A stretch of 61,684 nucleotides of DNA, filler included, from Chiloscyllium plagiosum (GCF_004010195.1; 4 parts of one record of this genome joined end to end with filler, not necessarily neighbours in it); one strand, 5' to 3'; shown: positions 34,447 through 47,450, counted from the whole stretch's first letter. Numbers and translations are program-made. Notes: generated by a model from the sequence alone, not told the origin.

Positions 34447-36175
34447 CAACTGATTCCCCTGTCGATTAATCTTCAGCGATCGTGAAAGTCTCTTTGTCCG
34501 TCTACACCACACAGAATACTCACTGTTATTGTTTCTTCTCCACAAATTCATTAACACTCAGAGGGCTGGATTCAATTCGATTCGCCATTTTACCTTTCCA
34601 CCTGATTGATGCATCGCTGCAGTCCCTGCCTTTCTTCGTCATTGTCAAATACACAACCAATTGTTGCATTATCAGCAAACGTCTAAATCATGGTTTCTAC
34701 AACTAAGGCTAAATCATTGATCTACATCAGAAAACAATGGAGCACCACTGGAAACAGACATCCAAATATGGTTCATTGCTGTTTGGGATTAACAGCTGCA
34801 ATAATAGCAGACTCGATCCCCTGCTGTCATTTGTAAACTTGCTGGTGATTCTGTCAGTTGGTCTCCTGAGTGATCTCTTCTCACATATTGGAGTGGTGAA
34901 CGGCCTGTGTGCATTATGACTTTGCAAGTGAGTTTGCACCTCAGCAGGTAATTGAATCCCATCCTGCAGTCATCCTATGGACCTGACTTCTTGGCGACAT
35001 GGGTTTCCTTGTTTCTATTTAGTTTGGATAATCAGTTGAATTCGAGTCCATGCAGACACAATTCCCATTTTCTCCGTTGTCCATGTATTTTTATTCTTCA
35101 TTATTCTTCCACGGAATGTTGTTATCATTGGTCTGAAGAGCATTTGTTGTTCATTCATAATTCACATTGAACTGAGTCAGAGAGGACTTATGGGTGAACC
35201 ACATTGTTGTGGGTTTGGAGTCACATGTTGGCAGGGCTCGTTACTGTCAGAAGATTTCCCTTTCAAAGGGACATGAATGAGTGAGTTTTCAGTAAATTAA
35301 AGTTATCGTCTCTGTTCCTGAGATTGGGTGTATTTTCCATATTTTATTCATGGATTTAAATAACAGCAGCTGCCATGTTCCAGTCTACAAAGATTACTAG
35401 CCCAATATATCGCCACTGCTGCATTTCTCCATTGAAAGAACGACATTGTCAATTCAGATTATCCCAAATGGAGAGAATAGGACGCGTTTCTGTGTTAGAA
35501 TGGAAGCAATGTACGCTGGATTGGAGTGTTTACTGGAGCAAGAGACTGATGTGGAGATAATGTGAGCAAGCGCAACTCTTACTGTCAAAGTAACTAAACA
35601 TTGCTTGTTAAGGAAAATTTCATGGGCTGCTTTCAATGCATCGACCTCTCACTTAAGGCTCCAGTACGCTTCCTCTGAGTCAATCTTCAGTGCGGGTTAA
35701 TGCTGCTGCAGAATCTTAATAATATAGTAAATGGAGACCAATATTCGTTTCCACCCCGCCTTTGACCAGGAGCACTCCCAGCCTCAGCTGCGCCACTAGG
35801 TTTGACTGATAACAGTTCTAGGAACTGGGATTATGTGACCGACTGCAGCAATGGGTACTTCCTTGTGTGGGGAAGTTGGTGAAGCCATTGTTATTGAAAT
35901 CATTGTTATTGAAACACACAGTGCAACAATATCCCGCACAGTCCCCTGAACCTTCATTTTTTCTAGAAATCTGCCAAACTCATTGTTCAACATGTAGTAC
36001 TCTATGGAACCACCACAGCGTTTGGGGATATTGAATTTAAAGATTCAGCCAATTCTGAATTCCTACATGAATGCTATCATTCGTCTTATATTCCTCTTGT
36101 GAATCTGCTAAATTTCCTAACATATCCTCTGTCACTGTAATTTTTGCTGGTTTTAAACGGATATCTCTGCATGAC

Positions 36176-36248
36176 TCAGTGATGGTTTTAATGTTAAAAT
36201 ATTCTGTATTATTGCCACAGTAAAATCTTTCGAATCATAGTCACTGCA
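36176..36248 (+). pseudogene. Very degenerate tRNA-His remnant
   Basis: Syntenic with 21895 in a further copy of the His module; ends TTCGAATCATAGTCACTGCA. Confidence 0.5.
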
Positions 36249-36829
36249 GGTAACGTTGCCCCCATTTTACACCTTGTGACATATGCTGAAGAAACACACA
36301 AAGGAATTAGTTGACTTTACGTGAAAACATTCTCCGAGATTATGACTTTATCCATCAATCCCCTCTCTCACACATCTCTGACAGTCATATATCAGGATTC
36401 AGACTCACTCATTCTCGGAGAATTCTATCCCTCCCACAGTCATTTACCTCCTTTAAGTTCTCCCTCCCATTTCCCTTACAATCACTTTCACATTGCCACC
36501 TGTTCAGTCTGTGCTGCTGTGATCACTGTTGCTGGGTGTCCATGACGAAGTCTCGTCATCAGGACCTTCAAACCAGTCGATCCATTTCAATACCGCGGTT
36601 GTGAGATCAATCCTCATGTAGCAGCTTTTAACTGACATGGACCAGTGATTATTTAAACATCAGGCTCAGGAAAAGGACACAGGGCAGCATTGAGGAAAAC
36701 AACAGTTATTCAAAAAACATCAGTTTCTGTGAATTTCCGCATCACTAGGTTATACCAGGGATGTGATAGCACTGGAAATTATGCAGGGAATATTTGCCAG
36801 GATATTGTCTGGGCTGAACAAGGGAGATT

Positions 36830-39241
36830 GTCCAAACTGGAGTTGTTTTATTTAAAGTAGAGCAGATTGAGAGGGGTTATGATTCAGATGTACAAAACAT
36901 TGAGGGATATGGATAGAATACACTGAAACACTGTGTGTTTCAATAATAATGGTTTCGATATAAATTTCGATCACAGAGGGCTATCGATTTAAGGTCAGAG
37001 GCGGAAAGATTAGAGTGAATGCGTGGAAAAACGTGTTCAACCAATGGGTCGTTGAAATCAGGAACTGAGTGTATGCAAGGAACTGAGAGGCAGAAATCCA
37101 CATAACCTTCTGAAGTATTCAGATGTGAATTTGTGATGCCAAGACATATAAGGCAATTGGTCATTTGGTTTAAAAAAGGAGTTATGATAGTGAAGCGATT
37201 GTTATTGAACAGTACAGATATTCTGTTCCTAAGTGTGGGTTATTAATACCTGTCCTTCCATTCTCGAAGTGGCATGTCACAGGTAGCACTGTGCTGTCTG
37301 AATCAGCATGGGGAACTATTACAGATCCCGGGGAGACAGAGTGACAGTGAAAGTGCAAAGACGTTACTTCTGCAAGCTGTACGTAGTATCCATGTTGGAA
37401 TGAAAATCATTAGGTAGTTTTGCTTCGTTCTTATAGCAGGCACCTCAGGAAAGTATACATTCTATTGCACTTTCCACACGAGCTCATCGCACTGAATACC
37501 ACCCATTACCGACAATATGCAGGAACATTTCTGTCTATGCACCCTGGTCCTATCCTCCTTCCCCAGCACTTCCCCATATGGCACCATTCCACGAAATCCC
37601 AGAAGTTGTAATGCTACTCGTTTATGATATCTCTCCTCACTGTGTAACTTGTGACTTGTCTGACCATCAGTCAATTTAGCAAACTACATTTCCAACTCAC
37701 AATGTGATATTGTCTAGATTGGAGAGAGATAAAACGGAGTGGGTGACAAACGTGAGTACATCTACGTTCTGTCTGCAAGCTAAAAAAGACACTGAGCTTC
37801 CAGGTTCCTGTCACTGCAACATCCCACTGTGTTCCCATGCCTTCATTTCAGTTTGGTCTGCTACAGAGTTCCCGCAGAGCACAGCGCGAGTTGGAAGAGC
37901 TGCACGTCATTTCCTCCTGAGAGACCGTGCAATCTTCAGTACCCAACGTCGAGTCCAATCATTTTAGACTTTTGTCCAACTTCTTTCACGTTCCTGCCCC
38001 ACCTGTACATCCCATTCGTTCCAAAGGTGGAATGTTTGGCTCGAAAATCTCTCCCCAGATTGGACAAACTGGAGTTGTTGTTCTTAGAGCAGAAGAGATT
38101 GAGTGGGGCACGATTAAGATGTACAAAATACTGAGGGATGTGGATAGCGTAGACTGAAATACATGTTTCACTTTGATGGAGATTTCGATCACGGGGGGGG
38201 TGGGGGGCATCGATTTAAGGTCAGAGGCGGAAAAATTACAGTGAATGCGTGGAAAAACGTTTTCAAACAGTGGGTGGCTGAAATCTGGAACACAGTGTAT
38301 GCAAGGATCGGAGAGGCATACATGGCTATGAGTCAAGTGATTTGAAAAGGAGTTAGGATAGTTAAGCGATTGTTATTGAGCAATACAGATACTCCGTTCC
38401 AAGTGCGGATTATTAATACCTGTCCTTCCATTCCCGACGGGACATGTCACAGGAAGAATTGTGCTGTCTGAATCTGCGTGGGGGAGCACTACTGGTCTTG
38501 GGGAGATAGACTGACAATGACAGTGCAAGCACGTGACTTATGTAAGCTTTACCTCGTGTCGGTGTTGGAATGAAAATGATTCAGTTGTTTTGCTCCGTAG
38601 TGAGGTGTTTACTTATAGTAGGAAGCTCAGGAAGATATACATTTTACTGCCCTTTCCCCACTAACCCATACCACTGAATACCAGCACTAAGCAGGACCAT
38701 TTCTCTCTATACATTCTCGTCCAATCCTCCTTTACCCCCAGCACTTCCCCATATGGCATCATTCCACGAAATCCCAGAAGGTGTAATGCTGCTGATTTAC
38801 GATGTCTCTCCTCACTGTGTAAGGTTCCAGTGATTTATCTGCCCCTCACTCAATTTAGCAAACTACATTTCCTGCTCACAATATCACCTCAATCAAGACT
38901 GGAGAGAGAAAAACAGAGTGAATGACAAATTTGAGTAAACCTACGTTCTGTCTGCAAGCAAAAAAGACCCTGAGCTTCCAAGTTCCTGTCACTGCAACAT
39001 CCCACTGTGTTCCCATAACTTCATTTCAGTCCATGGTCTGCTGCCGGACTCCCACATAGCACAGCGCAAGTTGGACGATCGGCACGTCATTTTCTACTGA
39101 GAGACCGTGCAACCTTCAGGACCCAACATCGGGTTCAATCATTTTAGACCATGTCCACCTTCTTTCACGTTGCTGTCCCACCTATACGTACTACCAGTTC
39201 CAAAGGTAGATGGTTACGCTGGAAAATCTCTCTCCCAGATG
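36830..39241. repeat. ~1.2-kb diverged tandem duplication (36830-38060, 38061-39241)
   Basis: Shared blocks such as CAGCACTTCCCCATATGGCA.CATTCCACGAAATCCCAGAAG and CCTGTCACTGCAACATCCCACTGTGTTCCCAT. Confidence 0.92.
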
Positions 39242-39404
39242 CACTAGACCTGCTGATTTTGTTCAGATATTTCTGTTTTTTTTTGGAGAACTTGTTCTGT
39301 TCTGATCGTCAGACTTCAGGAAGCGTGTGTTTGCACGAGAGGGTGTTCAGAGGAGATTTACCAAGGTGTTGTCAGGACTCGACCATTCCCACTGCGAAGA
39401 TAGG

Positions 39405-39795
39405 CAGAAGTGAGGGCTGCAGGTGCTGGAGCTCAGAGTCGAACTTGTAGTGCTGGAAAAGCATAGCAGGTCAGGCAGCATCTGAAGAGCAGGAGAAGCA
39501 ATGTTTCTGGCACAAACCACCGCCATTCCATTACGACCTGATGCGTGGAGGAAGAACGTCTCATATTCCGCCTTCAGACCATGCAACCACACGGGATAAA
39601 TGTGTACTTAAACAGCTTCCTCATTTCACTTCTTTCCACATTATACCAGTCACAAGCCTCCAACTAGACACTGCTCTCTTGACCCGTCGATCAAACACCC
39701 CTCTGAACTATCACCTTCTCCCTCACCTTCATCCACCTGTCGCTTTCCCAGATACTTTATACCAACAGAACTCCCCTCCCACTTATATCTGGATA
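39405..39795 (+). mobile_element. PLE fragment with inverted pLTR head (39405-39518), inside a CR1 fragment (~39340-40030)
   Basis: Same junction and same CR1 flank as 6308-6717. Confidence 0.8.
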
Positions 39796-42189
39796 GGAAC
39801 TGATTAACGTGCACCGAAAGGGGATAGATACATGTGATAGGAATACATTTCTTAGGGGAAGGGTTAATAACCAGGGATATAGCAAGAGAGAGTATATTCA
39901 CAGAAGGATTTAGGAAGAATGCTTTCATCCTCAGAGTGTTGTTTGTCTGGAACTCACTGTTTGAACGTGTGGTAAAGCTCAGAATCATCAGAACATTTCC
40001 GGAATATTTAGCCGAACACTTGAGGAGCTAGCCCTTAATGACGAGGTATTGGAAAATGGGGCAAGGATAAACAGATTTTCGATGAAAGACTTGAAACTGT
40101 ATCTTTGGGTGCAGCAAAATGGAGGCTAGCGCACCTCTGTGGCGAAATGAAAGATATTTCAGACTTCCACTGCGTTGTTAAGATTGTGATTCAAAATTTG
40201 TTTTTTTGAGTCCCACCAGATTCGGAGTTTAGAACATTGAACATACAACAATACAGCACAAAGTAGACCCTTCGCCCCTCGATATTGCACCAACCTGTGA
40301 ACTATTCTCACTTCGTCTGCCGACATTATCCCAAAATCATCCATGTGCTAATCAATTTATTTCACATCTCAGCTGAATGAATGATTGTTCTACTGATTCA
40401 TCGTCAATTCCACTCATCCGGAGTTCTCGTCTCTGCTACTGACCAGAGGACATTCCTCACCTTCTTGGGGGTGAGCTTTGAGGGAATCGTATCATTTGAA
40501 ACATGATCAGTCCAGAATCGGCTGCTCATTCACAAAAGCCACTGCAAAAGCCCACTCTCTCTAAACACATTTCCCACCCACAGTTGCACAGAGTTTTTCG
40601 GTTTATTCACTGTCTTTTTCCCATTGGGTGACAGGTTGATGTTGATAGGTTGGGAAAAGATATTGATGTGTTTGGTCAGCCAAAATGATATCAAATGAAG
40701 GGGTAGCGCCGGCGGGTGAAATTGCCTCCTCTTGCTCCTCTCCCAGTCTGTGCTGTTTCTGATAGAGGAAATTAAACAATAACATTATGGGGACACCGTG
40801 AATCTACACCACGGAATACTAAGGACCTCCCCTTTATCCCAATGCTCTCACAGCTGGAATACACAGCTCCTGTTGCAGCTTTGATCAGACAGTGGAGGAT
40901 TCTCCCAGGAGCTCTGTTAGAATGCATGCTCCTTCACACAGGTTTCCAACTGGACACATGGAGCAAACGGCCGTGTGGATATTGGGGATTCAGGGACAGA
41001 TTTCCCCTTTGCTGGATTAGAGCTCTGGCCACGTTAATAAACATGAATTTATGTGATTCTGTATCTTATTATGAATTCTTATCATTTTACAACTCAAACT
41101 GAAATTCAATTTACTCTTGTTTAACTTTCTTTTATCTTTCGTATTCATGAAAACTGTGCAACATGTCCTCGGATGTAGGAATGGTGAAGAATGATGATGA
41201 GTGCAGTATGTTTCATATTGTCTGTATGAACTTTCAGAAGGAAGTTAGTGAAGTGTCTTTGAATCAAATTCTGTGCCGAATTGAAGCCAACCGAATGAAA
41301 AGCCCTGTGACAGCGATAATGTAACATTGTCTGTAAACAGGACAGCGACCCACGGAAACGCAGCTTTCAATCAAGTCTAATTTGCACAACATTTTTCTAT
41401 GTCCCTTTCCAGAGCCTGGTGCTCCAATAGTCACAGGTCAGTTGCTCCTCCTCTGCCTTAACTTTAATTTCAGGATTGCAACAAAAGTAGAACAGGTTGG
41501 TCGAAGGTCCCAGAGGTACGAATAGCGCACGTTACAGGTTGGCGCTCTGCTGCCCCCGTGGAACAATTCATCATCACTTACCAGCGTGTGAAATGCTGCA
41601 GCTGTAAGTTCAATTAGTATCTGAAGCTGCTTTTCCTGATGTTGATCAGGGATCATTGGAGCACCAGACTGAAGTGAATTTGAAAAATAAAGTCGAATAA
41701 AGCAGCATTTATTGTAGTTTCTGATTTGTGGGATTATTCTGCACTTGGGAAATGTGTCAATTATCAGCCGGAAAGCTGCCCATATTCCCCAGGCGATTAT
41801 CCATCTGTGGATCGAGAAACAGAGGTAATGTTTTAGCATGATGACAGTTTTCAAATCTTTTACCCTCCACTGTATACCATTCTTGGAAAGGCTGTTAAAC
41901 CCGTTTCATATTATCCCATTTCTTGCAAGCTCGCACAGTTCATTAAACTGTTCGAAAGGAATTAGATTTATCTCTTTCGGTAGATGGAATGTTGTCAGTG
42001 AATCTGGGAAAGTCATAACAAATAGTTTTGCTGTTGTGCAGAACTGAGCGTTCAAACAGGAATAAGGATGAGTCTTTTTGCTGGGTTTTTCGCGCGGACG
42101 TTCGTAAGTATTAAATGGACTCAGTTCGTTCCTGGTCATTGTGACCAAATGTTCAAGGCAACAGATGGTAATGATGATGATGCTTGACA

Positions 42190-42360
42190 TCTACAGGGCC
42201 ATTCCTACTCATTAGAATCACCATTGTATTACAGATCAGGTGGGTAGGAGAGATGATGATCCTTATGGCAACCTGAGACAGTGCGACAATTTATCCCACG
42301 TTGTTAGTCTCACTCTATACCATAAACCAGTTAGCCAGCGGAGTGAGCGAACTGGCTTCC
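42190..42360 (-). mobile_element. Degenerate tRNA-headed SINE-like remnant
   Basis: Reverse complement ...CTGGTTTATGGTATAGAGTGAGACTAACAACGTGGGATAAATT...AGGTTGCCATAAGGA resembles a shark SINE as I recall it. Confidence 0.4.
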
Positions 42361-43029
42361 GTTTACTGCAAAGCTATAACAAACAAATCAGTATATTTAC
42401 AATTTGTAGTAGTTCACGTAGAACCAGCTGCGACACCTTTCAACACCACCAGCTCTTCTTATACTTAACTTCTTCAGTTGCAGTTGTTATACAATTTCTT
42501 TCCAATGAACGCTAAACAATTCGTGAGTGTGCCACTTTTGCATCCCCATCCAAGCAGCCCAGAATCCCTGTCCCTGTTAAATTCGCTCCTTGTGTGTCTG
42601 CATGTGGCTTTTCAAATATTCTGGAATCAGCTTTTTTTTTCTGAAAAATCATCTCTGATTTCAATAACTCTCAGAATAAAACGCACCTGCTGTAAACTTA
42701 TTTGTCGTTCCTCGCTGGTTTTGAAGCTCTAACGTTTAGTTATACACTCACATCAACGAGGGAATTTCCCTCCTATTTACCCTTACCAACCTCACATAAG
42801 CTGAAAAGCCTCCATTAGGACACAACTCAGTCATTCCTGATTTGTTCTGCTTATTCTTCATCTATCCCACCATCCCATTAAACCCCTTAATTACTTTTCA
42901 CTTGGCTTTATCTCCCAGTAAATGAGACCAGGGTAGTTTTAATTAACGTACACCAGAGATTGCTCAAATCTCGGGCTCATAAGATTGACAGAGAGCGATG
43001 TTGAACGAAATAGACTGTCTTGGCAAATA

Positions 43030-43737
43030 TGTTATGAAGTTGTGGGTGTAATGTACCTTAAAGGGTGCTGAAATTTCTGGCTAGCACAAGGAGTCCAGAA
43101 CAAGGTAACAACATAACATTTGGTCGAAACAACTAACAGCTTTGTTACATGGATAAAAAAACAAATTCGAATTCGCCTAATCAGTTTAAATTATGCCCCA
43201 ATCAAGTTTGAATATGGTATTTTAACAATGTTAAAATCAGTGAAACGATCCGACTGTTTGTGGAACAAATATCAGACATGTTGAACAGTTACTCAGATTG
43301 GCAAAGAACAGCAAAGAGAGCAGGAAAAAGTCCAACAGGTCTCCGAGAGGTGCCTATCTGGAGAAATAGATTGCATAGAAAAAAGCATCGACACCGACCT
43401 GGAGAGAAAATCTACAGAGGAAGATACAAAGAGAAGATTCGACAACAAGCTGGTTTTTAAATTTGAACATTTTTGTAAATATTAATGGGGTCGGGGTTGG
43501 GGAAGGCTTTTCAGACCAGTATTGTAGAGCAGAAGGTTAAAGACAGGTTTAGAGTAGTTGTAAGTTAATTATTCTCTGTAAAATGTAAAAAAGTAAGAAA
43601 GTTGTTATTTCTAACTTTAAATACTAATATTTGCCATAGTTCTTTGCCTCTTGAATTTTACCAGAACACAGCACGGGTTGAATGCTTTCTTTGTTGCTGG
43701 TTTACATTAGCAGATGAGTTTACCCCGTTATGTAATA
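43030..43737 (+). mobile_element. Probable solo LTR
   Basis: Starts TGTTATGA and ends ...TTTACCCCGTTATGTAATA (imperfect terminal inverted repeat); ~700 bp; no TSD seen. Confidence 0.55.
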
Positions 43738-44449
43738 CCAGTTTCTGTGTTTGCTGTGTTTTTTCGCTCATTTGTGCATTTTGCCTCAGTAACGATTTTG
43801 TCCCCTCGATGCAAAAGTTCCGTGCTTTTGCTCAATTGTACAAAAGGTGCAGTGTGTCTAAGCAACAGGGCTCCCTACAATAACATCCGACGCTGGTTCA
43901 ATCTTTCTATCCTGGTATTGATCTATGGAAGCAGCACTGCGCACTCTCCTCGAGTTTAGAAAATAATTCCCTCAAAGCTAATGTAACATCCCCGCATTCA
44001 AAGGGATTTCATTGCATAGCCTTCAATTCCTCACAGAATCCGATTTAACAAGTTTTGTCACGGAGTCATTTATTTGTTTGTGTTCAAATCATGTTAGCAA
44101 AGAGTCACCGTTGGAGAGTGCTGGTCCCATAAAACAGAAGTCAGACCACACTCTGTGAACTGTACTCTGCTGTTCATCATTTCACTAACAGCATCTATGC
44201 TCTGCAAAATTTTCACGCCTGTTTTAAGAAGCAAGATAAACAGTTCCTGGTTCCTACTTTTGATGTCACACAGACCAGGATTGTAAATGATGGAAACATT
44301 CACTGGTAGAGACTGTATGCTCTCCCAAATGCTTTTTCTCCCCAGCAGGTGGTAAGATGATGGTCTGAATCGCTTTCTTCTGTTCCCTGTCACTCTGGGA
44401 TGATGTGAGCTGTGAAAACACTTCTCTGAGCTAGGGGTAACGTGGTAAA

Positions 44450-45256
44450 GTTTATACACATCAGGTGCAATGTGCCTGAGCGACAGGGCTTGCTGCGGTA
44501 ACTTTCCGTGCTGATTCAGACAGCAGAGCACTCGCTGTGAATTCGAGAAGTACACAGACACTGTTCCCGATTACTGGCAGAGATTCTCTCTTTCCCAGCA
44601 TTTCTGCACTTTCCTATCTGTCTCAGATGGAATTATTGGGACAAGGTTCCCAAAAGAATATGAGTTCCTGTGCATGCAAGATCTCCCTTTTGTACAGCTT
44701 TCCAGAATTTCCATAACTCCTACTCCCACTAGCCCCCTCCCCCGCTGCAGAAGCCCGTGTTTGATAGGGAGCTAAAGAGCGCATTCACCTTGCTCTCCCA
44801 CAACACTGATTGCCAATAGAAGATGAGTTCGTCCAGCTGTCAGCGGAGGAAGTGCTAGCGCAGCTTTCTGGGAAACGCGAGTCAGAATGGCAAGGAGCTA
44901 TTATTAAAACTCAGTGCTGCCTTCAATCCGAAACAAAAGAAAAAGCCTTTTTTTTTAAAAACAAAGAGACTCACTGACTTACAGATCACGTTTAAGGTGC
45001 GGTTCTGGCTGGTTGGTCTTGGGTGTGATATCGCCTCGGGTAGGAGAAGTGACACTTGAGCCCTGGAGTTTTGCTTCCGGTCCCATTTTTGACTCAGAAA
45101 GTATGATTTCGATGAGATCGAGGTCAGATCAAGATACTGAATCTTCAAGACACATACCAGCTGCTTCTTATAGGCGGTTACTAGACTGAGAAATGGATTT
45201 ACTAACTTCAAAAGATGCTGATCCTGTTAATGTGGATCTTGCCGAGCGCACGTCCT
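44450..45256. repeat. Inverted duplication arm; partner 54763-55594
   Basis: 45181-45256 matches the reverse complement of 54763-54840, and 44490-44575 matches that of 55477-55560. Confidence 0.9.
45007..45063 (+). pseudogene. tRNA-Pro(CGG) pseudogene lacking the T arm
   Basis: GGCTGGTTGGTCTTGGGTGTGATATCGCCTCGGGT...GAGCCC vs Pro GGCTCGTTGGTCTAGGGGTATGATTCTCGCTTCGGGT...GAGCCC. Confidence 0.75.
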
Positions 45257-46579
45257 NNNNNNNNNNNNNNNNNNNNNNNNNNNNNNNNNNNNNNNNNNNN
45301 NNNNNNNNNNNNNNNNNNNNNNNNNNNNNNNNNNNNNNNNNNNNNNNNNNNNNNNNNNNNNNNNNNNNNNNNNNNNNNNNNNNNNNNNNNNNNNNNNNNN
45401 NNNNNNNNNNNNNNNNNNNNNNNNNNNNNNNNNNNNNNNNNNNNNNNNNNNNNNNNNNNNNNNNNNNNNNNNNNNNNNNNNNNNNNNNNNNNNNNNNNNN
45501 NNNNNNNNNNNNNNNNNNNNNNNNNNNNNNNNNNNNNNNNNNNNNNNNNNNNNNNNNNNNNNNNNNNNNNNNNNNNNNNNNNNNNNNNNNNNNNNNNNNN
45601 NNNNNNNNNNNNNNNNNNNNNNNNNNNNNNNNNNNNNNNNNNNNNNNNNNNNNNNNNNNNNNNNNNNNNNNNNNNNNNNNNNNNNNNNNNNNNNNNNNNN
45701 NNNNNNNNNNNNNNNNNNNNNNNNNNNNNNNNNNNNNNNNNNNNNNNNNNNNNNNNAGGGCTAAAAAAGGTAGAGACAACTTTGAGAATTTAATGGATGG
45801 AGATCAGAGAGCATGAAATGTATGTAACATAATGTAAATGTGGTCAAATATTTAAAGCAGGCATTATGTCTCCTAGCGACAATTCAATTCCTTCTCATGA
45901 GGAAATAACTTTTGTTTGCAATCTTCGAGAAGATCAATTCCATTTACAATGTTTCACGTTGAATAATATGCAATACCTTTCAAATTCATGAATATTTTAT
46001 ATTCCATCTTATCCAGCTGGACGTTTTCATGAAAAGTCTTTTTTNNNNNNNNNNNNNNNNNNNNNNNNNNNNNNNNNNNNNNNNNNNNNNNNNNNNNNNN
46101 NNNNNNNNNNNNNNNNNNNNNNNNNNNNNNNNNNNNNNNNNNNNNNNNNNNNNNNNNNNNNNNNNNNNNNNNNNNNNNNNNNNNNNNNNNNNNNNNNNNN
46201 NNNNNNNNNNNNNNNNNNNNNNNNNNNNNNNNNNNNNNNNNNNNNNNNNNNNNNNNNNNNNNNNNNNNNNNNNNNNNNNNNNNNNNNNNNNNNNNNNNNN
46301 NNNNNNNNNNNNNNNNNNNNNNNNNNNNNNNNNNNNNNNNNNNNNNNNNNNNNNNNNNNNNNNNNNNNNNNNNNNNNNNNNNNNNNNNNNNNNNNNNNNN
46401 NNNNNNNNNNNNNNNNNNNNNNNNNNNNNNNNNNNNNNNNNNNNNNNNNNNNNNNNNNNNNNNNNNNNNNNNNNNNNNNNNNNNNNNNNNNNNNNNNNNN
46501 NNNNNNNNNNNNNNNNNNNNNNNNNNNNNNNNNNNNNNNNNNNNNNNNNNNNNNNNNNNNNNNNNNNNGGATTTAAATA

Positions 46580-47450
46580 GCTCTTGAGCAGAAGAAACTC
46601 TGACTCAAGCTTTTCTGGATCATTGACCAATGGTTTTGAATCTGAGACTCTATTTATTTATTTACTCAAAAGAGGGAATACCGCTGATTTAGTCACTTCA
46701 ATCCTTGTGTTATGTGAAAGATCTATTTAGTTTACTTCCCAAACTTGCATGTTTCTGGTACAGCATTTCAAAACCACGTGAATAAAATCCCTCATTCTGT
46801 CTATCATCCCCATAAAACCGGTTTGTATCATTTCTAATGTTTTTACGCCTCAGTAAACCTCAACCCTGAGTTTCCTCATGCCTTTCTATACAGGAAATTG
46901 TGGCTGTGCCCTCTCTAATGTCTTTACTTTTTTGTTGGAGAGTGAGGGCAAAGATTACAAACAATGTTTGCACTGAGTTTGACTTTTAGATTTTACAGTT
47001 CCACTATGAACTCTTTGCTTTGTAATACAATTTCCCTATTCATAAATTCAAACAACATTCATTATTATCTAACCAGATCATGAACAACCTCGCCATAAAA
47101 CCTTCTTTGTACTTCCAAGGAATTTGGGAAAAGGTTTGCAAGGCCAGCATCCCTAAATCCCCTTGACATGAGTGAGTCTCAGCTTTTCCTAAAGGTAACT
47201 GAGATTCAGTCACATCACAGTGGGGCTGCAGTCGTTTTCTGTGCAGACTGGTTGTGGACATGAAATACCCATTGCCAAAGACCACCGTGGATCTAAAATC
47301 AAAACTTTCCAAAAATTAATTATCATCTGTTGTTTATCATCTTTCTGTGTTCTTGTCTGGTTTGTTCGTGTGTCCCTGTATTAAATCCTACCCAACGTTT
47401 AATTTGTGAATGGAGACATTCCCCTCACCGCTGATGTTTGGAAACCCCAT
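46580..47450 (-). mobile_element. Highly degenerate CR1 ORF2 fragment
   Basis: Reverse complement shows remnants of KxHSCQGDLG and AMESFDFRSTVVFG (cf. CR1 YCVQFWSP region). Confidence 0.5.

Larger units (their letters stand above)
21265..40130. repeat. Right arm (A2) of the large inverted duplication
   Basis: See 5840-16537. This arm is longer because of PLE and CR1 insertions and segments deleted from the left arm. Confidence 0.9.

Noticed and set aside
38666..38695. 5S rRNA-like words (CCATACCA..CTGAA, CTAAGCAGG)
   Set aside because: The spacing is wrong and the paralog at ~37480-37525 does not keep them.
39519..39560. Independent recurrence of the pLTR/ORF junction seen at 6684
   Set aside because: The flanking CR1 is also shared, so both are one insertion copied by the inverted duplication.
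41402..41428. Adenylate kinase gene from IGAPGSGKG
   Set aside because: The next residue is H, not T, and the downstream H(L/I)SxGDLLR motif is absent in all frames.
44094..44561. 155-aa minus-strand ORF
   Set aside because: GTG start, no recognisable domain, and a length attainable by chance in 61 kb.
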